Assembly: GCA_044225175.1 (NCBI GenBank) | Contig: JBGAJA010000001.1 | Location: 6,994-70,993, forward strand | Direction: 5' to 3' | From: Candidatus Omnitrophota bacterium | GTDB lineage: Bacteria > Omnitrophota > Gorgyraeia > Zapsychrales > Fredricksoniimonadaceae | Length of the DNA stretch: 64,000 nt | Part shown: positions 1 through 10,445 of the stretch, piece after piece | How the letters are laid out: each line of letters begins with the position of its first letter | Numbering within the stretch: position 1 is the stretch's first letter | Made by a program: the position numbers and the translations under genes | The notes under the pieces: generated by a model | Database searches by the model: none | The model's input: the letters and a program-made list of their open reading frames with translations, nothing else | Told to the model about the DNA's origin: nothing

Positions 1-3000
1 AGTTTATCTTTTAGACGTGATGGAACGCTTTATGTCACAACAAAAGACAAATTATTAAGTCTGAATAAGGGAGAAACGCAGATTACATCTCATCCTTATA
101 TAGGTTTTCGCCAACTAGCTTTCGACCAAGAGGGGGGGTATATCGCTGCTGGTATAGAAGATGGTCATTTAAAATTTATAGATCCGAAGTGGAAAGAGTT
201 ATGGGAGGAAAAGATTGGGGGAATTAAAAGTTTATCGTTCTCAAAAAATGGACAATTGGCTGTGGGAACAATCAGTGGCCGTTTAATCATTTTTGATAAA
301 GGTGGATCCAGGTTATTGGATGTGCAAATAGATCCCTATAGGATCGAGGTCTTATTTGACAATGAAGGTCGATGTGTTGTCATCACAACAGACGGGCGGG
401 TGTTTCGCTATCAAGATACCTATGGTTTAATTGTAGAGGACCATGTCCATGAATTGTCCTCTGGCGTTTCAACTCCCAAGTCTTTCTTACCGAAGAAAGT
501 TCAAGTAATCAACATTCTTGAACAACATTCAAAGGATATTGCTCAGGATCAGAAATTCATTCAACTTAAACTGACTGCAGGTATAGCCCAGAATGACAAA
601 GACCGCAGGCAGGCGCTTGAGCAATTACGGGTATTTTTAGATGAGAACAAGGGGCAATTAGGCGTTCACTCCTCGGGTACTATTACCAGTCAATCCTCTT
701 TATCCCAGCAGGTCCAAATTGTTACAATCTCTGAACAACCTAAGAATGATGAAGCCAAGATATTCACCAAACTCAAGCTTGAGGCAGGATTGAGTCGTGA
801 TGATAAAGAGCGTACAAAAATATTGAGTGGATTGAAGGAATTGTTAGAGAAGTATGAAGGGCAATTAGACATTGCAAATGTGAAGAAAGAGCAAATTAAG
901 GATGATGATATTGTTCGAGCTTGGCTTAAGAAATGGTCTTCAGTCCTGCCACCTTTGGATCAAGTGCTCACTGTAAATCGTTCTGCTAATGGCCATTGGG
1001 CGATTACTACGGCAAATGGATTGCTAATTGTACTGGATCGAGAATATAAGGAAGTGTTTAATCAACATATAGGAAGCATAAAACGATTAATATTTTCAAA
1101 TGAAGGGGCTTTAGCGGTTGAGACAGACTCCGGAACTTTGATGGTGATTGATTCAGATGGAAAAATAAGTAAAACTGTTAACCCGAATACAATATACAGT
1201 TGGAGATTCTCTAATAAAGGTTATTTAGCAGTGATTACAACGGGCGGATATCTCATGCTGTTTGATAATAGCCGAAAGTTAATACTCAATGAAAAAATGG
1301 AAGTGTCCATCTTTGAATTTTCCGATGAAGGTAATTTGACAATCAGTACCCCAGATGAGCATTTAATTAAGTTCAATGAGCAAGGAGATAAAGTATTTGA
1401 TGAGAAAATTGAAGATATGCTTCATTGGAAAGTATCAATTGAAGGAAGTGTCGTTGTTACTAAGGGTAATCGTTTCATCATGATTAATAAGAATGGCCAA
1501 AGGGTTTTTCAAGAATCTATGAATTCAATCCGAGCTTGGAGATATTTGGAGGATGGGAGGTTAGTGATTGAAACCAAAGAAGGTTTAATTGTGATAGATA
1601 AGAAAGGTAGTAGAGTTTTTGATGAAAAGTTTTATCTTACTCAATTTAAGTTATCCAATGAGAATCATTTGGCAGTTGTGAGAACAACAGACAAGTCTGT
1701 AGGAAACGCAATTATGCAGGATCAGCGTTTGATTATTAAGAATAAAGAAGGAAAAGAAGTCTTCAATGAGAGTATAGGAATTATAAAAGAATGGAAATTT
1801 TTAAGTGATGGAATGTTGTTTGTCATCACTCTTGAAGACCAAGTGATTAAAATCAACAAAAAAGGTGAAAAAGTCTTTGATCAGAAGATTAATCACATTA
1901 AAGGATGGGATTTATCAACCAGGGAGCATTTAGCGATATATACAGATGATCGATTGCTATTATTTAATAATAAAGGAGAGAATTTAATGGATGACCGAAT
2001 CCAAGGCATCCACAAAGCCATGTTCCTTGGTGAGGAATTACAGGTGATCACAAAACATGGGACAATTCTTCATTTTAAAGAACGATTAGGATTTGTTTCA
2101 GAGGGAAAGATCTATGAGCTTTCTTCTGGGATAGCAAATGAGCAATCATCCTTGGGAGAAAAAGTGCAGGTATTGACCATGAGAAATGAGAGAAGCTCAA
2201 ATGTCAAGGTTCCTGCGCTTTCAAAACCCTCTCAAAAACCCTTCGAACCCCATTATGGCTTGAAACCTTTTTATTTCGCTGCTGATCGACAAGGATTTGT
2301 TTATTTGAATTTTAAAGGCTCTTGGTATCAAACCCGCCATCAAATCTTGGGTAAGCATGTTTTTGATGTAAAAGAAAGTGAAATAGCCATTGTTAATAAG
2401 AAGTCATTGCAAGTCTCTTCCATCCCACTATCTTCTATTCGCAATCCTTTTCTTAAAGATGATCAACCCTTAAAAGAAGAAGATTTCTTGATTGAGCATC
2501 ATGACCTTGAAAAAGCTGAGTCTAATATTCTTTCTTCTTTTGCTTCAGGTATCCATGTCGGCTTAGAAGGTTCACCAGCTGCAGGAAAGACGAGCATTAC
2601 CCAAGAAATTGCTTTGCTGTTGGGGCTTGATTATTTTAAGTTTCAAATGCATGGCGAGCGGCAAACGGAAGATTTATTTGGAGGATATCAGGAAGATGCG
2701 TATGGGCGCTGGCGTTTAGTGGCCAGGCCTAAGGACTTGACGGAAAGACAGATGGCTTCTTTAGGAGACGGTCTTCGAAGCAAACTTCTTTCTCATGGAA
2801 TCCTGGCTTTAGATCAGTTATCAGGGTTGTATTGGTGGAATGAAACAATCACAGGGAATGTTGAACTGGAGGAAGCTTTAAGTATCCTTTCAGAGCCTTT
2901 GGATACACAAGAACAGGCCCAGATCTTTTCTCTTTTGCACTATCAAATACCCTTCTTGGAATTATTGACTCATGGAGGCCTTTTAGTCCCTGATGAAGGG

Positions 3001-6000
3001 GCGGTTGGAGAAGGTGGGCAGAGTTTATTAAGCTGGTTTAGTGCGATCGTTCAGGGAGATCCTGTCATAAATCTAGAATCTTTTCCTGGAATACCATTCC
3101 ATGTTCGTGTGCATCAAGATTTTCATTTAGGTATCACATCCAACGCACCAGAAAATACACCTCAACGTGAACGGTTCAAGAGTGAAATTGGTTCTCATAT
3201 TCAATACATTGTGGTGCGTGAGAATACTGACCCTATATTTTTACAAAAAGTTTTCAAACATTTCTTGGGAACAGTGCAAGGTATTGATGGGCAAGCAATT
3301 GAAAAGATGTCCAAAACAGCCTCCCAAGTGCATTTGGACATACGTGAGCAAATAGGAAAGACCTTGGGGAAGGGTCAAGAAGAGCGTTTTTATCTTTCCC
3401 CTCGAGATATTCGTCGATTGGGAAGATATGTTCGCAAGAACTTAAAAGAACAAGATGATCTGGGTTATGTGATGTATAAGGCTTTGCGTTTAGTTTATGA
3501 GGCCGGATTTTCCTCCCAAGTGGAGCGTTCCATTGTTCTTAAGAAGATCAATCAATCTATTGAAGGTACTTTTGGTCCTTCAGGAACTTTTGAGCAGAAA
3601 TTAAAAGATGAAATCAACCGGAATTTCTCTCAAGCATTGACGGAAAATGAGGCATGGATGTTGTGGTTGAGCCATGAACTTTTGAATTTGGATGAGCCTG
3701 TTATGTATATGTATGAGTATGGCGCAAGGCTTGAAGACATTATTGAAGAAATGCGCATCAAAAGAAATGCTGATATTCAAATCATCGATGCTGCTCCTGA
3801 AAATGGCCGCTTTGAAATCATAGGAAGCTTACGGCCTGTTCTTGGAGTTGTTCCTCCAGGCCAATTGAAGGCCAAATTTGCTAGAGGAGGGATTTTAAGA
3901 AACCTTATCAGCCATCTCCAAATGCAATCTCAAAAGGACAGCAAGCCAAAGAAAGAAACCATTGTCTGGATCAGGGACATTGATCAATGGAGTGAAGACT
4001 TGCGTACTGCTTTGAATGGTTTATTGGAAGATGGATATATAGATATTGAAACTGATGGGGGGAAAGTAGAACGTTTTTATAAGCCATCGAATGTGCATTT
4101 TATTTCTGAGCTTCCCATGGATACAGCGACAGAGTTTTCAAGCGCCTTTTTTAGTCGATGGATTCGCTGTGGGATTGCTGCAGAAAGAACAATAGCTCAA
4201 GAGGGGGGTGTTTCACAGTTGGAAGAAGTTTTACATAAAGCCTATGATTTGGATGAAAGGCAGGCGTTTTGGTTAAACAGGATTTATATGGAATTGATGG
4301 AGTATGAGACACAAGTCAATCGCAAGCGTTGGAACATCCAACGTCGCTATGATCTATCAGTCAGTTTGATTTATGAAGTAGCTGAGTCTATACGCCTGGC
4401 TAAACGCAAGGACCTCCAATGGCTGGATCTTCTTAACACAATCAAGACTACAGGTTTTGATCCACGAATCCAAAAAGCACAAGGGCCTATCCAAGAAGCT
4501 TTCACTGCTTTGTATACAAGTGTATCCGCGCGAATAGTAGGCAATGAATTGATGGCAACCCTAGGGATGCGCTTTAGACCTGAAGGACTTACTAATATCA
4601 TCTCTGATCGCGAACTGTTTACCGAAATCATTGAAATTATCTTGAATCAAAAGATTGACGCGCCTAATTATCCGCTTGTGGTTGAAAAAGGTGTGTTAAT
4701 GACACACACCGTTCAGGAAGCATTCTTAACTATGGACAAAGGTCTTCTATTAGGTAGAGGAGTCATCCTAGAGGGGGACACTGGAAAAGCCAAAACAACC
4801 GCAGCAGAATCATTTGCAAGGCTTAAAGGAATGGATTATTACAAGTATCAATCGCATGCAGGAAGCTCAATTTCTGATTTGACAATTGAAATAAATAGAG
4901 ATGCTCAGGGAAATTTCTCTAAGGCTGAAAAGTTGTTTTATCAAAAAATCCGCCAAGGAAATGTTGTTGTCAATGTGGATGAGGCCAATGTGGCGCCTAA
5001 TATTCTTTGGGCTTTGCAAGCCATTTTGAGGGGAGAAAGAATGATTTATCCCCCCATCCCAGGAGAAGAGCCATTTGCTATTGGTGAAAACGTTTTAATC
5101 GTTTTTACTCAAAACCCTCCTGACTTAGAAGGCCGCAGCGAAACTCCTCGACGGTTTATTGACCGTATGCTGGTCCATAAGATGGGTCATTTGTCAGAAG
5201 CAGAAGAAGACGCGTTGACAGCTATGTTTTATGGTGTACCTCTTCAAGATGACAATGTCCCCAAGGAACGCCAGAGAGTGGTGCTTCAACGGCCATCTCC
5301 TCGTGAAGGAGAAGTGCATTTTCATGGGGGAATTGATTTACGAATGAGAGAAGGACAAGAAACATTCGATGACACCAAAGAAGATGATACTGAGATTGAA
5401 TGGGATTCGCAGGGTAAGCCAGCTGCTTACGGTGTTTTTACCCCTGAACTTTATCCTCATACACGTTATGGAGCATCCGGAGCATTTGATGAAACAACGC
5501 AAAGCTTTGTTATCCCAAATACTCCTGATCCACAGACGCAGCATTTTTTCCAATCTCGTCGTCTCACTCGTACATTGACCCGTAGTCATGACACATTTAG
5601 TGGTCGCTATGGCATGGCATTAGACCATCAATGGCATTTGTTGCCTGCCGCTGGAACGCCCATGGAGATCTTAGATATTCATGTCCTAGATGAAAATGGC
5701 CATAAAATGGATGTCCCATTGGAAATTGCTAAAGACCATTTTGACAATTGGTTCGTTCGTGCCCCTCAAATCAAAATGTTTAAAGATGTGCAACTGGAAT
5801 ATCGAGTGGCTGTTCCCAAGGTTTATTTTGGCCGACCCGTTCCTAGCAAGATTTTGTTTGAATATTCTCAGCAGATGTCCCAAGAGATTAAAAAGGGTAT
5901 GGAGTTAGTTGGTTTAAGTGGGAAAGAAAAAGATTATCGGGAAGTTCTGTATAAGCTGGTTGGATTTTTTAGAAATTTTGATGTGAAAAGCGGAGATATT

Positions 6001-7617
6001 CCTGATGTTCATGGAAGTCCTTATCTCAATATTATGTATGAACAAAACGGTGTTTGCCGACATCGGGCTTGGGCATTTGTGAGGACAGCTTTAGGACTAG
6101 GTATAGAGGCCAGATATGTTTTAAGTGATATCCATGCTTTTGCGGAAGTCAAAGTTCCTGGCTTAGATTTCTGGATGAGAATTGATTTAGGCGGAGGTGG
6201 AGATCCCATGAATATGTCTCTGGCGCCTTTGGCCAGTGAAATGTACCAACCAGCTTTTGGTGATGATCTTCCTCAGCCAGTTAAATTTCTTGAAAACCAA
6301 AAGAAATTTGAGAAACGAATGGAAAAGGCACTAAAAAAGCAAAACATCAAACCTCAAGTTTCCCAACGCAGCAGCAGTCAATCCAAAAGTCCAGATGATA
6401 AGCAGGATGCTTCTAAAGACCAGTCGTTTGACCGTCAATCTGAAGAACAGCGTATTAAAATGGAAACCGAAAGTCGTATGCATCAAGCAGTAGATCAAGA
6501 GGAGCTTAAAGGTGATATCAATGAACAATTTATTTCTGGAAAGCAGCAAACAGCTTTTGTTTTTGAGCGTTTATTTGATAGCATCAAAGCTGGTATTCGC
6601 ATCCTTCGAGAATTTAAAAGGACGGGAATTGAAATTGACCCGATAGCGATTATGCTTAAACATTCCAAGCCTTTTATTAGCAAGCGTAAAATCAATAAGA
6701 TGAAAAAGACCGCAGCTATGATTTTAATTGATGTGAGTGGAAGTATGGGTGGTGTTAAGAAAGAGATGGCATTTGCCATTGCAGCAATTGGAGGAGGTTT
6801 TTGGCAGCTAAGACAGGTGGCTCAGAAATACTTCTTATATGACATATCTTTTTTTAATATGCAGCCTTCAACATTGGTCCAAATGGGCCAGCAGTTAACA
6901 GAGGATGAAAATAGAAATTTGTTGACCTCTATGGCCAATCACATAGGAGAGGGTGGAACGAACATTGTCGATTCCATGCGTCTGAAGCTTAAAAACCCAC
7001 AGAAAACGGGATTCTTGGATTCGCCTGAAGCCATGCGATCCAGCAATAAATATATTGTCATCTTTACAGATGGGGCAGACAGTAATTCCATTAAAGATAA
7101 GAAAATGACACCCGCATTTGCCGAGGTGTTATCTCAATACCGAGCCGCAGGAATTGATGTTTTTGCTGTGGGTATAGGTCAAGGAGCTAGTGACGTGCAG
7201 GCCTTTACAGGCCAAGGGCAGCATTTTATTACAATCGATGAAGAGAATTATATGGGCATTGCCTTGGCTATTGCTAAGATTGCAGATTTAAAAAGCAAAG
7301 GTGGGGGGTATCTTAAAGAGGGAGACTTGACTGAGCTAGTCTTTGGCCGCACATCTTCCGATCACGCTCAACTTTCTAATGTTCCTAGCGATAAAACCGA
7401 ACCTCTGGGAGGTATAGACCTCAGCCATCCTGAAAGTTTTTTGCAAACTAACAATGATGGAGGAGTAATTAGGCTGACTATTGACCCTGCAATGCTCCAA
7501 TACCTCCAAAACTCTCCAGGTTTTTACCCTATTATTCTTAATGTCCAACCATTGGATGATTTAGGAATATTCTTAGGAATGAATAGTGATCAAAAAATAC
7601 AAGCACTTAAGACGTGA
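1..7617 (+). CDS. Giant multidomain protein, 5' partial (the frame is open from nt 1, so the gene begins upstream of the window). N-terminal ~40-aa beta-propeller repeats, two AAA_5 (MoxR/midasin-type) ATPase domains, an acidic/Ser-rich linker, a C-terminal VWA (MIDAS) domain, and a ~69-aa conserved family tail.
   Basis: Frame 1 is open from nt 1 and in frame with the 2453-aa track ORF. The N-terminal part has ~40-aa propeller-like repeats rich in D, G and hydrophobic residues (for example DGRVFRYQD, LIVLDREYKEVF). Walker A motifs GSPAAGKTS (nt ~2575) and GDTGKAKTT (nt ~4775), Walker B VNVDEAN (~4975) and the AAA_5 signature VFTQNPPDLEGRSETPRRFIDRM are present. The VWA MIDAS motif reads ILIDVSGSMGG (~6720) ... 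IVIFTDGADSN (~7060). The tail GGIDLSHPESF...GFYPIILNVQPL lies at 7408..7614. Confidence 0.8.
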   Translation, partial: SLSFRRDGTLYVTTKDKLLSLNKGETQITSHPYIGFRQLAFDQEGGYIAAGIEDGHLKFIDPKWKELWEEKIGGIKSLSFSKNGQLAVGTISGRLIIFDKGGSRLLDVQIDPYRIEVLFDNEGRCVVITTDGRVFRYQDTYGLIVEDHVHELSSGVSTPKSFLPKKVQVINILEQHSKDIAQDQKFIQLKLTAGIAQNDKDRRQALEQLRVFLDENKGQLGVHSSGTITSQSSLSQQVQIVTISEQPKNDEAKIFTKLKLEAGLSRDDKERTKILSGLKELLEKYEGQLDIANVKKEQIKDDDIVRAWLKKWSSVLPPLDQVLTVNRSANGHWAITTANGLLIVLDREYKEVFNQHIGSIKRLIFSNEGALAVETDSGTLMVIDSDGKISKTVNPNTIYSWRFSNKGYLAVITTGGYLMLFDNSRKLILNEKMEVSIFEFSDEGNLTISTPDEHLIKFNEQGDKVFDEKIEDMLHWKVSIEGSVVVTKGNRFIMINKNGQRVFQESMNSIRAWRYLEDGRLVIETKEGLIVIDKKGSRVFDEKFYLTQFKLSNENHLAVVRTTDKSVGNAIMQDQRLIIKNKEGKEVFNESIGIIKEWKFLSDGMLFVITLEDQVIKINKKGEKVFDQKINHIKGWDLSTREHLAIYTDDRLLLFNNKGENLMDDRIQGIHKAMFLGEELQVITKHGTILHFKERLGFVSEGKIYELSSGIANEQSSLGEKVQVLTMRNERSSNVKVPALSKPSQKPFEPHYGLKPFYFAADRQGFVYLNFKGSWYQTRHQILGKHVFDVKESEIAIVNKKSLQVSSIPLSSIRNPFLKDDQPLKEEDFLIEHHDLEKAESNILSSFASGIHVGLEGSPAAGKTSITQEIALLLGLDYFKFQMHGERQTEDLFGGYQEDAYGRWRLVARPKDLTERQMASLGDGLRSKLLSHGILALDQLSGLYWWNETITGNVELEEALSILSEPLDTQEQAQIFSLLHYQIPFLELLTHGGLLVPDEGAVGEGGQSLLSWFSAIVQGDPVINLESFPGIPFHVRVHQDFHLGITSNAPENTPQRERFKSEIGSHIQYIVVRENTDPIFLQKVFKHFLGTVQGIDGQAIEKMSKTASQVHLDIREQIGKTLGKGQEERFYLSPRDIRRLGRYVRKNLKEQDDLGYVMYKALRLVYEAGFSSQVERSIVLKKINQSIEGTFGPSGTFEQKLKDEINRNFSQALTENEAWMLWLSHELLNLDEPVMYMYEYGARLEDIIEEMRIKRNADIQIIDAAPENGRFEIIGSLRPVLGVVPPGQLKAKFARGGILRNLISHLQMQSQKDSKPKKETIVWIRDIDQWSEDLRTALNGLLEDGYIDIETDGGKVERFYKPSNVHFISELPMDTATEFSSAFFSRWIRCGIAAERTIAQEGGVSQLEEVLHKAYDLDERQAFWLNRIYMELMEYETQVNRKRWNIQRRYDLSVSLIYEVAESIRLAKRKDLQWLDLLNTIKTTGFDPRIQKAQGPIQEAFTALYTSVSARIVGNELMATLGMRFRPEGLTNIISDRELFTEIIEIILNQKIDAPNYPLVVEKGVLMTHTVQEAFLTMDKGLLLGRGVILEGDTGKAKTTAAESFARLKGMDYYKYQSHAGSSISDLTIEINRDAQGNFSKAEKLFYQKIRQGNVVVNVDEANVAPNILWALQAILRGERMIYPPIPGEEPFAIGENVLIVFTQNPPDLEGRSETPRRFIDRMLVHKMGHLSEAEEDALTAMFYGVPLQDDNVPKERQRVVLQRPSPREGEVHFHGGIDLRMREGQETFDDTKEDDTEIEWDSQGKPAAYGVFTPELYPHTRYGASGAFDETTQSFVIPNTPDPQTQHFFQSRRLTRTLTRSHDTFSGRYGMALDHQWHLLPAAGTPMEILDIHVLDENGHKMDVPLEIAKDHFDNWFVRAPQIKMFKDVQLEYRVAVPKVYFGRPVPSKILFEYSQQMSQEIKKGMELVGLSGKEKDYREVLYKLVGFFRNFDVKSGDIPDVHGSPYLNIMYEQNGVCRHRAWAFVRTALGLGIEARYVLSDIHAFAEVKVPGLDFWMRIDLGGGGDPMNMSLAPLASEMYQPAFGDDLPQPVKFLENQKKFEKRMEKALKKQNIKPQVSQRSSSQSKSPDDKQDASKDQSFDRQSEEQRIKMETESRMHQAVDQEELKGDINEQFISGKQQTAFVFERLFDSIKAGIRILREFKRTGIEIDPIAIMLKHSKPFISKRKINKMKKTAAMILIDVSGSMGGVKKEMAFAIAAIGGGFWQLRQVAQKYFLYDISFFNMQPSTLVQMGQQLTEDENRNLLTSMANHIGEGGTNIVDSMRLKLKNPQKTGFLDSPEAMRSSNKYIVIFTDGADSNSIKDKKMTPAFAEVLSQYRAAGIDVFAVGIGQGASDVQAFTGQGQHFITIDEENYMGIALAIAKIADLKSKGGGYLKEGDLTELVFGRTSSDHAQLSNVPSDKTEPLGGIDLSHPESFLQTNNDGGVIRLTIDPAMLQYLQNSPGFYPIILNVQPLDDLGIFLGMNSDQKIQALKT

Positions 7618-7647
7618 GTTTTAAAAGAATTATGTTAGTATCAAAAA

Positions 7648-8295
7648 ATGATCAAAATACGCGCCTTTAATAAATCTGACCGCCCAAGAATCAGGCAGAT
7701 TTGCTGTGATGTGGCTGATCGGGGTGAGCCTATTGAGAGTTTCTTTCCTGATCGTGAATTTGCGGCAGATCTATTGACCAAGTATTATACAGATTATGAA
7801 CCTGAGAATTCTTTCGTGGCAGAATCGGATGGCCTTGTGGTGGGATATATTAATTCTGCATTAGATAATCGTCGCTATGGTCTGGTAATTATTTTCATTA
7901 TCATCCCTTTTATTTTGATCAAGGGGATTGTTCGAGGAGTTTTTATCCGGCCAGAATTCCTACAAATTCTTAAGGCATCATTGAAAAATTGGCGTCGACT
8001 TTTTGTATTGCGCAAAACTTCCTTTGGAAGTCATCAGGGGCATTTGCATATCGGGATCTTAAAAGAATTTCGCCATCAGCACATTGGAGAGAAGTTGGTT
8101 CAAGTATTATTGGATCATGCTAAGAACACGGAAGTTACGGAAATTGTTGCCTCTGTTAGTGATCAAAATCCTGCAGCATGTCGCTTTTTTGAACGTTTAG
8201 GCTTTATTGTTTTGAGTCGTTACCCTATGATGATGGCCGATGGTCCAACAATCAAAGAATATCACTCCATTTCGTATGTTAAGAAAATTCGTTAA
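7648..8295 (+). CDS. GNAT family N-acetyltransferase
   Basis: A GNAT motif A-like segment GILKEFRHQHIGEKLV and motif B-like RFFERLGF are present in a protein of 215 aa. An unusual hydrophobic insert (IIFIIIPFILIKGIV) sits mid-protein. Confidence 0.55.
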   Translation: MIKIRAFNKSDRPRIRQICCDVADRGEPIESFFPDREFAADLLTKYYTDYEPENSFVAESDGLVVGYINSALDNRRYGLVIIFIIIPFILIKGIVRGVFIRPEFLQILKASLKNWRRLFVLRKTSFGSHQGHLHIGILKEFRHQHIGEKLVQVLLDHAKNTEVTEIVASVSDQNPAACRFFERLGFIVLSRYPMMMADGPTIKEYHSISYVKKIR

Positions 8296-9658
8296 ATATC
8301 TTTTATTTTTTATATTCGTTTTAGGCCTCGGAGCATCAGCAATGGCAAATGAATCGGAATTGCCGCAGCTGCAGCTGGATCCCAAAGATAGAATCTTGGT
8401 TTTATCCCCGCATCCTGATGATGAAGTATTAGGTACGGGGGGGATTATTCAAAGGTCAGTAGCTATGAATTTGCCAGTGAAAATAGTCTTCTTTACCTAC
8501 GGAGATAGTAATCAATGGTCATTTCTTCTTTACCGTAAACATCCCGTTATTATGCCTGGCGCAATCCAATCTATGGGACTCGTACGAATGACGGAAGCTT
8601 TGACTGCGGATAGTATCCTTGGAGTAGATGCCAAGAACTTGATGTTTTTAGGTTATCCGGATTTTGGAACTTTGAATATATGGTATCAGCATTGGAATAA
8701 AAGGCCGCCGTATAGAGGTATGGGCACATGGGTCACTGAAGTCCCATATAAAGGGGCCTTTAGACCTGGGGCTGCTTATAAGGGAGAAGAAATTGTTGGC
8801 GATTTGCGGCATATTTTAAGAGATTTTAAGCCAACGAAGATTTTTGTTTCACATCCAGCAGACCATAATGGCGACCATCTTTCTCTTTATCTGTATTTGA
8901 GAGTGGCCTTATGGGACGAGAAATTAACTGATAGTGTGGAGATTTATCCATATCTTATTCATTATCTTGGCTGGCCTGCATCTAAAGGATTTAAACCCGA
9001 CCGTCCTTTAGATCCTCCTGAATCATTAAAGAAAATCATTTCTTGGAAGTCTTTTCGACTCACTCCTCAAGAATTTGATATTAAAAAAGCAGCGTTACAA
9101 GCTCATAAAAGTCAATTTATGTCGACGCCGAAATATTTATTGTCCTTTATTCGTAATAATGAAATTTTTGGAGATTTTCCTCTTGTTCGGCTGCATGCAA
9201 ATGAGGATTCTTCTGTTTTTAAGGTCCATCGTAAAGACCTGGCAGTAGCTGAGCTTCCCGAAGACCTTAGTTCTCAAGAGAAAACATCCTTTATTGGTGT
9301 TGAGTGGAAGTTTGTACGATGGCAGGGAGAGGATTTGGTTATTTCCGTGGAATTATCCAAACCCCTAGCGCAAGATGTGGAGGCTTTTATTTACATTTTT
9401 GGTTACAATCACAATACGTCTTTTGAAAAAATGCCAAAAATTAGCGTTAGGTTAGGAGATAATAGTTATACTGTCTATGATCAAGCTCGTCGCATTGAAC
9501 AGGCTTCTATACGAGTCAAAAGGACGTCTAATGAAGTGACGATTGCAGTACCGCTGAAATTGTTAAATCATCCTGACAAGATTTTAACCAGTGCCCGCAC
9601 ATATTTAGGAAACGTACCACTAGACAGCGCCTCCTGGATCGCTGTTGAATTAAATTAG
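8276..9658 (+). CDS. Secreted PIG-L/LmbE-family deacetylase with an extra C-terminal domain
   Basis: A signal peptide MLRKFVKYLLFFIFVLGLGASAMA is followed by the PIG-L motif LSPHPDDEVLGTGG and later by HPADHNGDH. I moved the start to the internal Met at 8276, which overlaps the upstream GNAT gene by ~20 nt. Confidence 0.6.
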   Translation: MLRKFVKYLLFFIFVLGLGASAMANESELPQLQLDPKDRILVLSPHPDDEVLGTGGIIQRSVAMNLPVKIVFFTYGDSNQWSFLLYRKHPVIMPGAIQSMGLVRMTEALTADSILGVDAKNLMFLGYPDFGTLNIWYQHWNKRPPYRGMGTWVTEVPYKGAFRPGAAYKGEEIVGDLRHILRDFKPTKIFVSHPADHNGDHLSLYLYLRVALWDEKLTDSVEIYPYLIHYLGWPASKGFKPDRPLDPPESLKKIISWKSFRLTPQEFDIKKAALQAHKSQFMSTPKYLLSFIRNNEIFGDFPLVRLHANEDSSVFKVHRKDLAVAELPEDLSSQEKTSFIGVEWKFVRWQGEDLVISVELSKPLAQDVEAFIYIFGYNHNTSFEKMPKISVRLGDNSYTVYDQARRIEQASIRVKRTSNEVTIAVPLKLLNHPDKILTSARTYLGNVPLDSASWIAVELN

Positions 9659-9666
9659 GGAGAGTT

Positions 9667-10440
9667 ATGGATATTATTCATGCTATTGTTTTAGGGGTTG
9701 TTGAGGGGATTACGGAATTCCTGCCTGTTTCATCAACAGGGCATATGATCATTGCTTCTCACTTGATGCAGATTCCTGAGTCAGATTTCTTGAAAACATT
9801 TGAAATTGCTATTCAATTAGGGGCTATTTGTGCGGTGGCTGGGCTTTATTGGCGGACCTTTCTTTTGGATTGGGAGGTGGTTGTTAAAGTATTTACAGCA
9901 TTTATACCAACGGCTATTGTTGGATTTTTACTTTACAAATTGATTAAGCATTATTTATTAGGTAATGCTTTAGTTGTTGTGGTGTCTTTGCTGGTAGGTG
10001 GTATTTTTATTGTGGTATTTGAAAGATTTTATAAAGTCAAAAAAGATCAGGTTAAAGAAGCGAGTAAGATTACGTACGTCCAGGCCCTTATCATTGGCCT
10101 TTGTCAGTCTTTGGCTGTCATTCCAGGCGTGTCTCGCTCTGCAGCAACCATTATTGGCGGATTATGCTTAGGGATTTCTCGAAAGACTATTGTTGAGTTT
10201 TCTTTTCTGTTAGCTGTCCCAACGATGCTAGCTGCGACTATTCTCGATATTCTGAAGACCGAATCAGATATCTCCAGCAATGAATGGGGGATATTAGCTA
10301 TTGGCTTTGTTGTTGCTTTAGTTGTAGCGTGGCTTTCGGTCAAATTCTTCTTACGCTACATTCAAAAACATGATTTTACAGCCTTTGGTATTTACCGCAT
10401 CGTAGCTGCTATTGTTTTTTCATTTCTCCTTTTCTCCTGA
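9667..10440 (+). CDS. uppP: Undecaprenyl-diphosphatase (BacA/UppP)
   Basis: The N-terminal signature EGITEFLPVSSTGHMII, the PGVSRSAATI motif and a polytopic membrane profile over 257 aa all match UppP. Confidence 0.9.
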   Translation: MDIIHAIVLGVVEGITEFLPVSSTGHMIIASHLMQIPESDFLKTFEIAIQLGAICAVAGLYWRTFLLDWEVVVKVFTAFIPTAIVGFLLYKLIKHYLLGNALVVVVSLLVGGIFIVVFERFYKVKKDQVKEASKITYVQALIIGLCQSLAVIPGVSRSAATIIGGLCLGISRKTIVEFSFLLAVPTMLAATILDILKTESDISSNEWGILAIGFVVALVVAWLSVKFFLRYIQKHDFTAFGIYRIVAAIVFSFLLFS

Positions 10441-10445
10441 GCGGC

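Noticed and set aside
690-872. Numerous 60-160-aa ORFs antisense to or nested within the long genes, for example 690..872, 4371..4631, 5338..5589, 22918..23235, 27190..27546 and 54907..55383
   Set aside because: They lie entirely inside well-supported genes on the opposite strand or in an alternate frame. They have no RBS and their composition is typical of out-of-frame translation. I treat them as spurious.
7408-7614. The conserved C-terminal tail read as a T9SS C-terminal domain or as an autotransporter/TonB-type barrel
   Set aside because: It shows no sequence resemblance to the T9SS CTD consensus. The genome uses Shine-Dalgarno sites, which is atypical for Bacteroidetes. At ~65 aa it is far too short for a beta-barrel translocator. 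I therefore left it as a novel module.
7900-7960. A hydrophobic stretch inside the GNAT acetyltransferase read as a TM helix, suggesting a membrane protein
   Set aside because: It falls where GNATs have a buried beta-strand/helix, and a single hydrophobic stretch is not sufficient evidence. The protein was kept as a soluble GNAT with lowered confidence.
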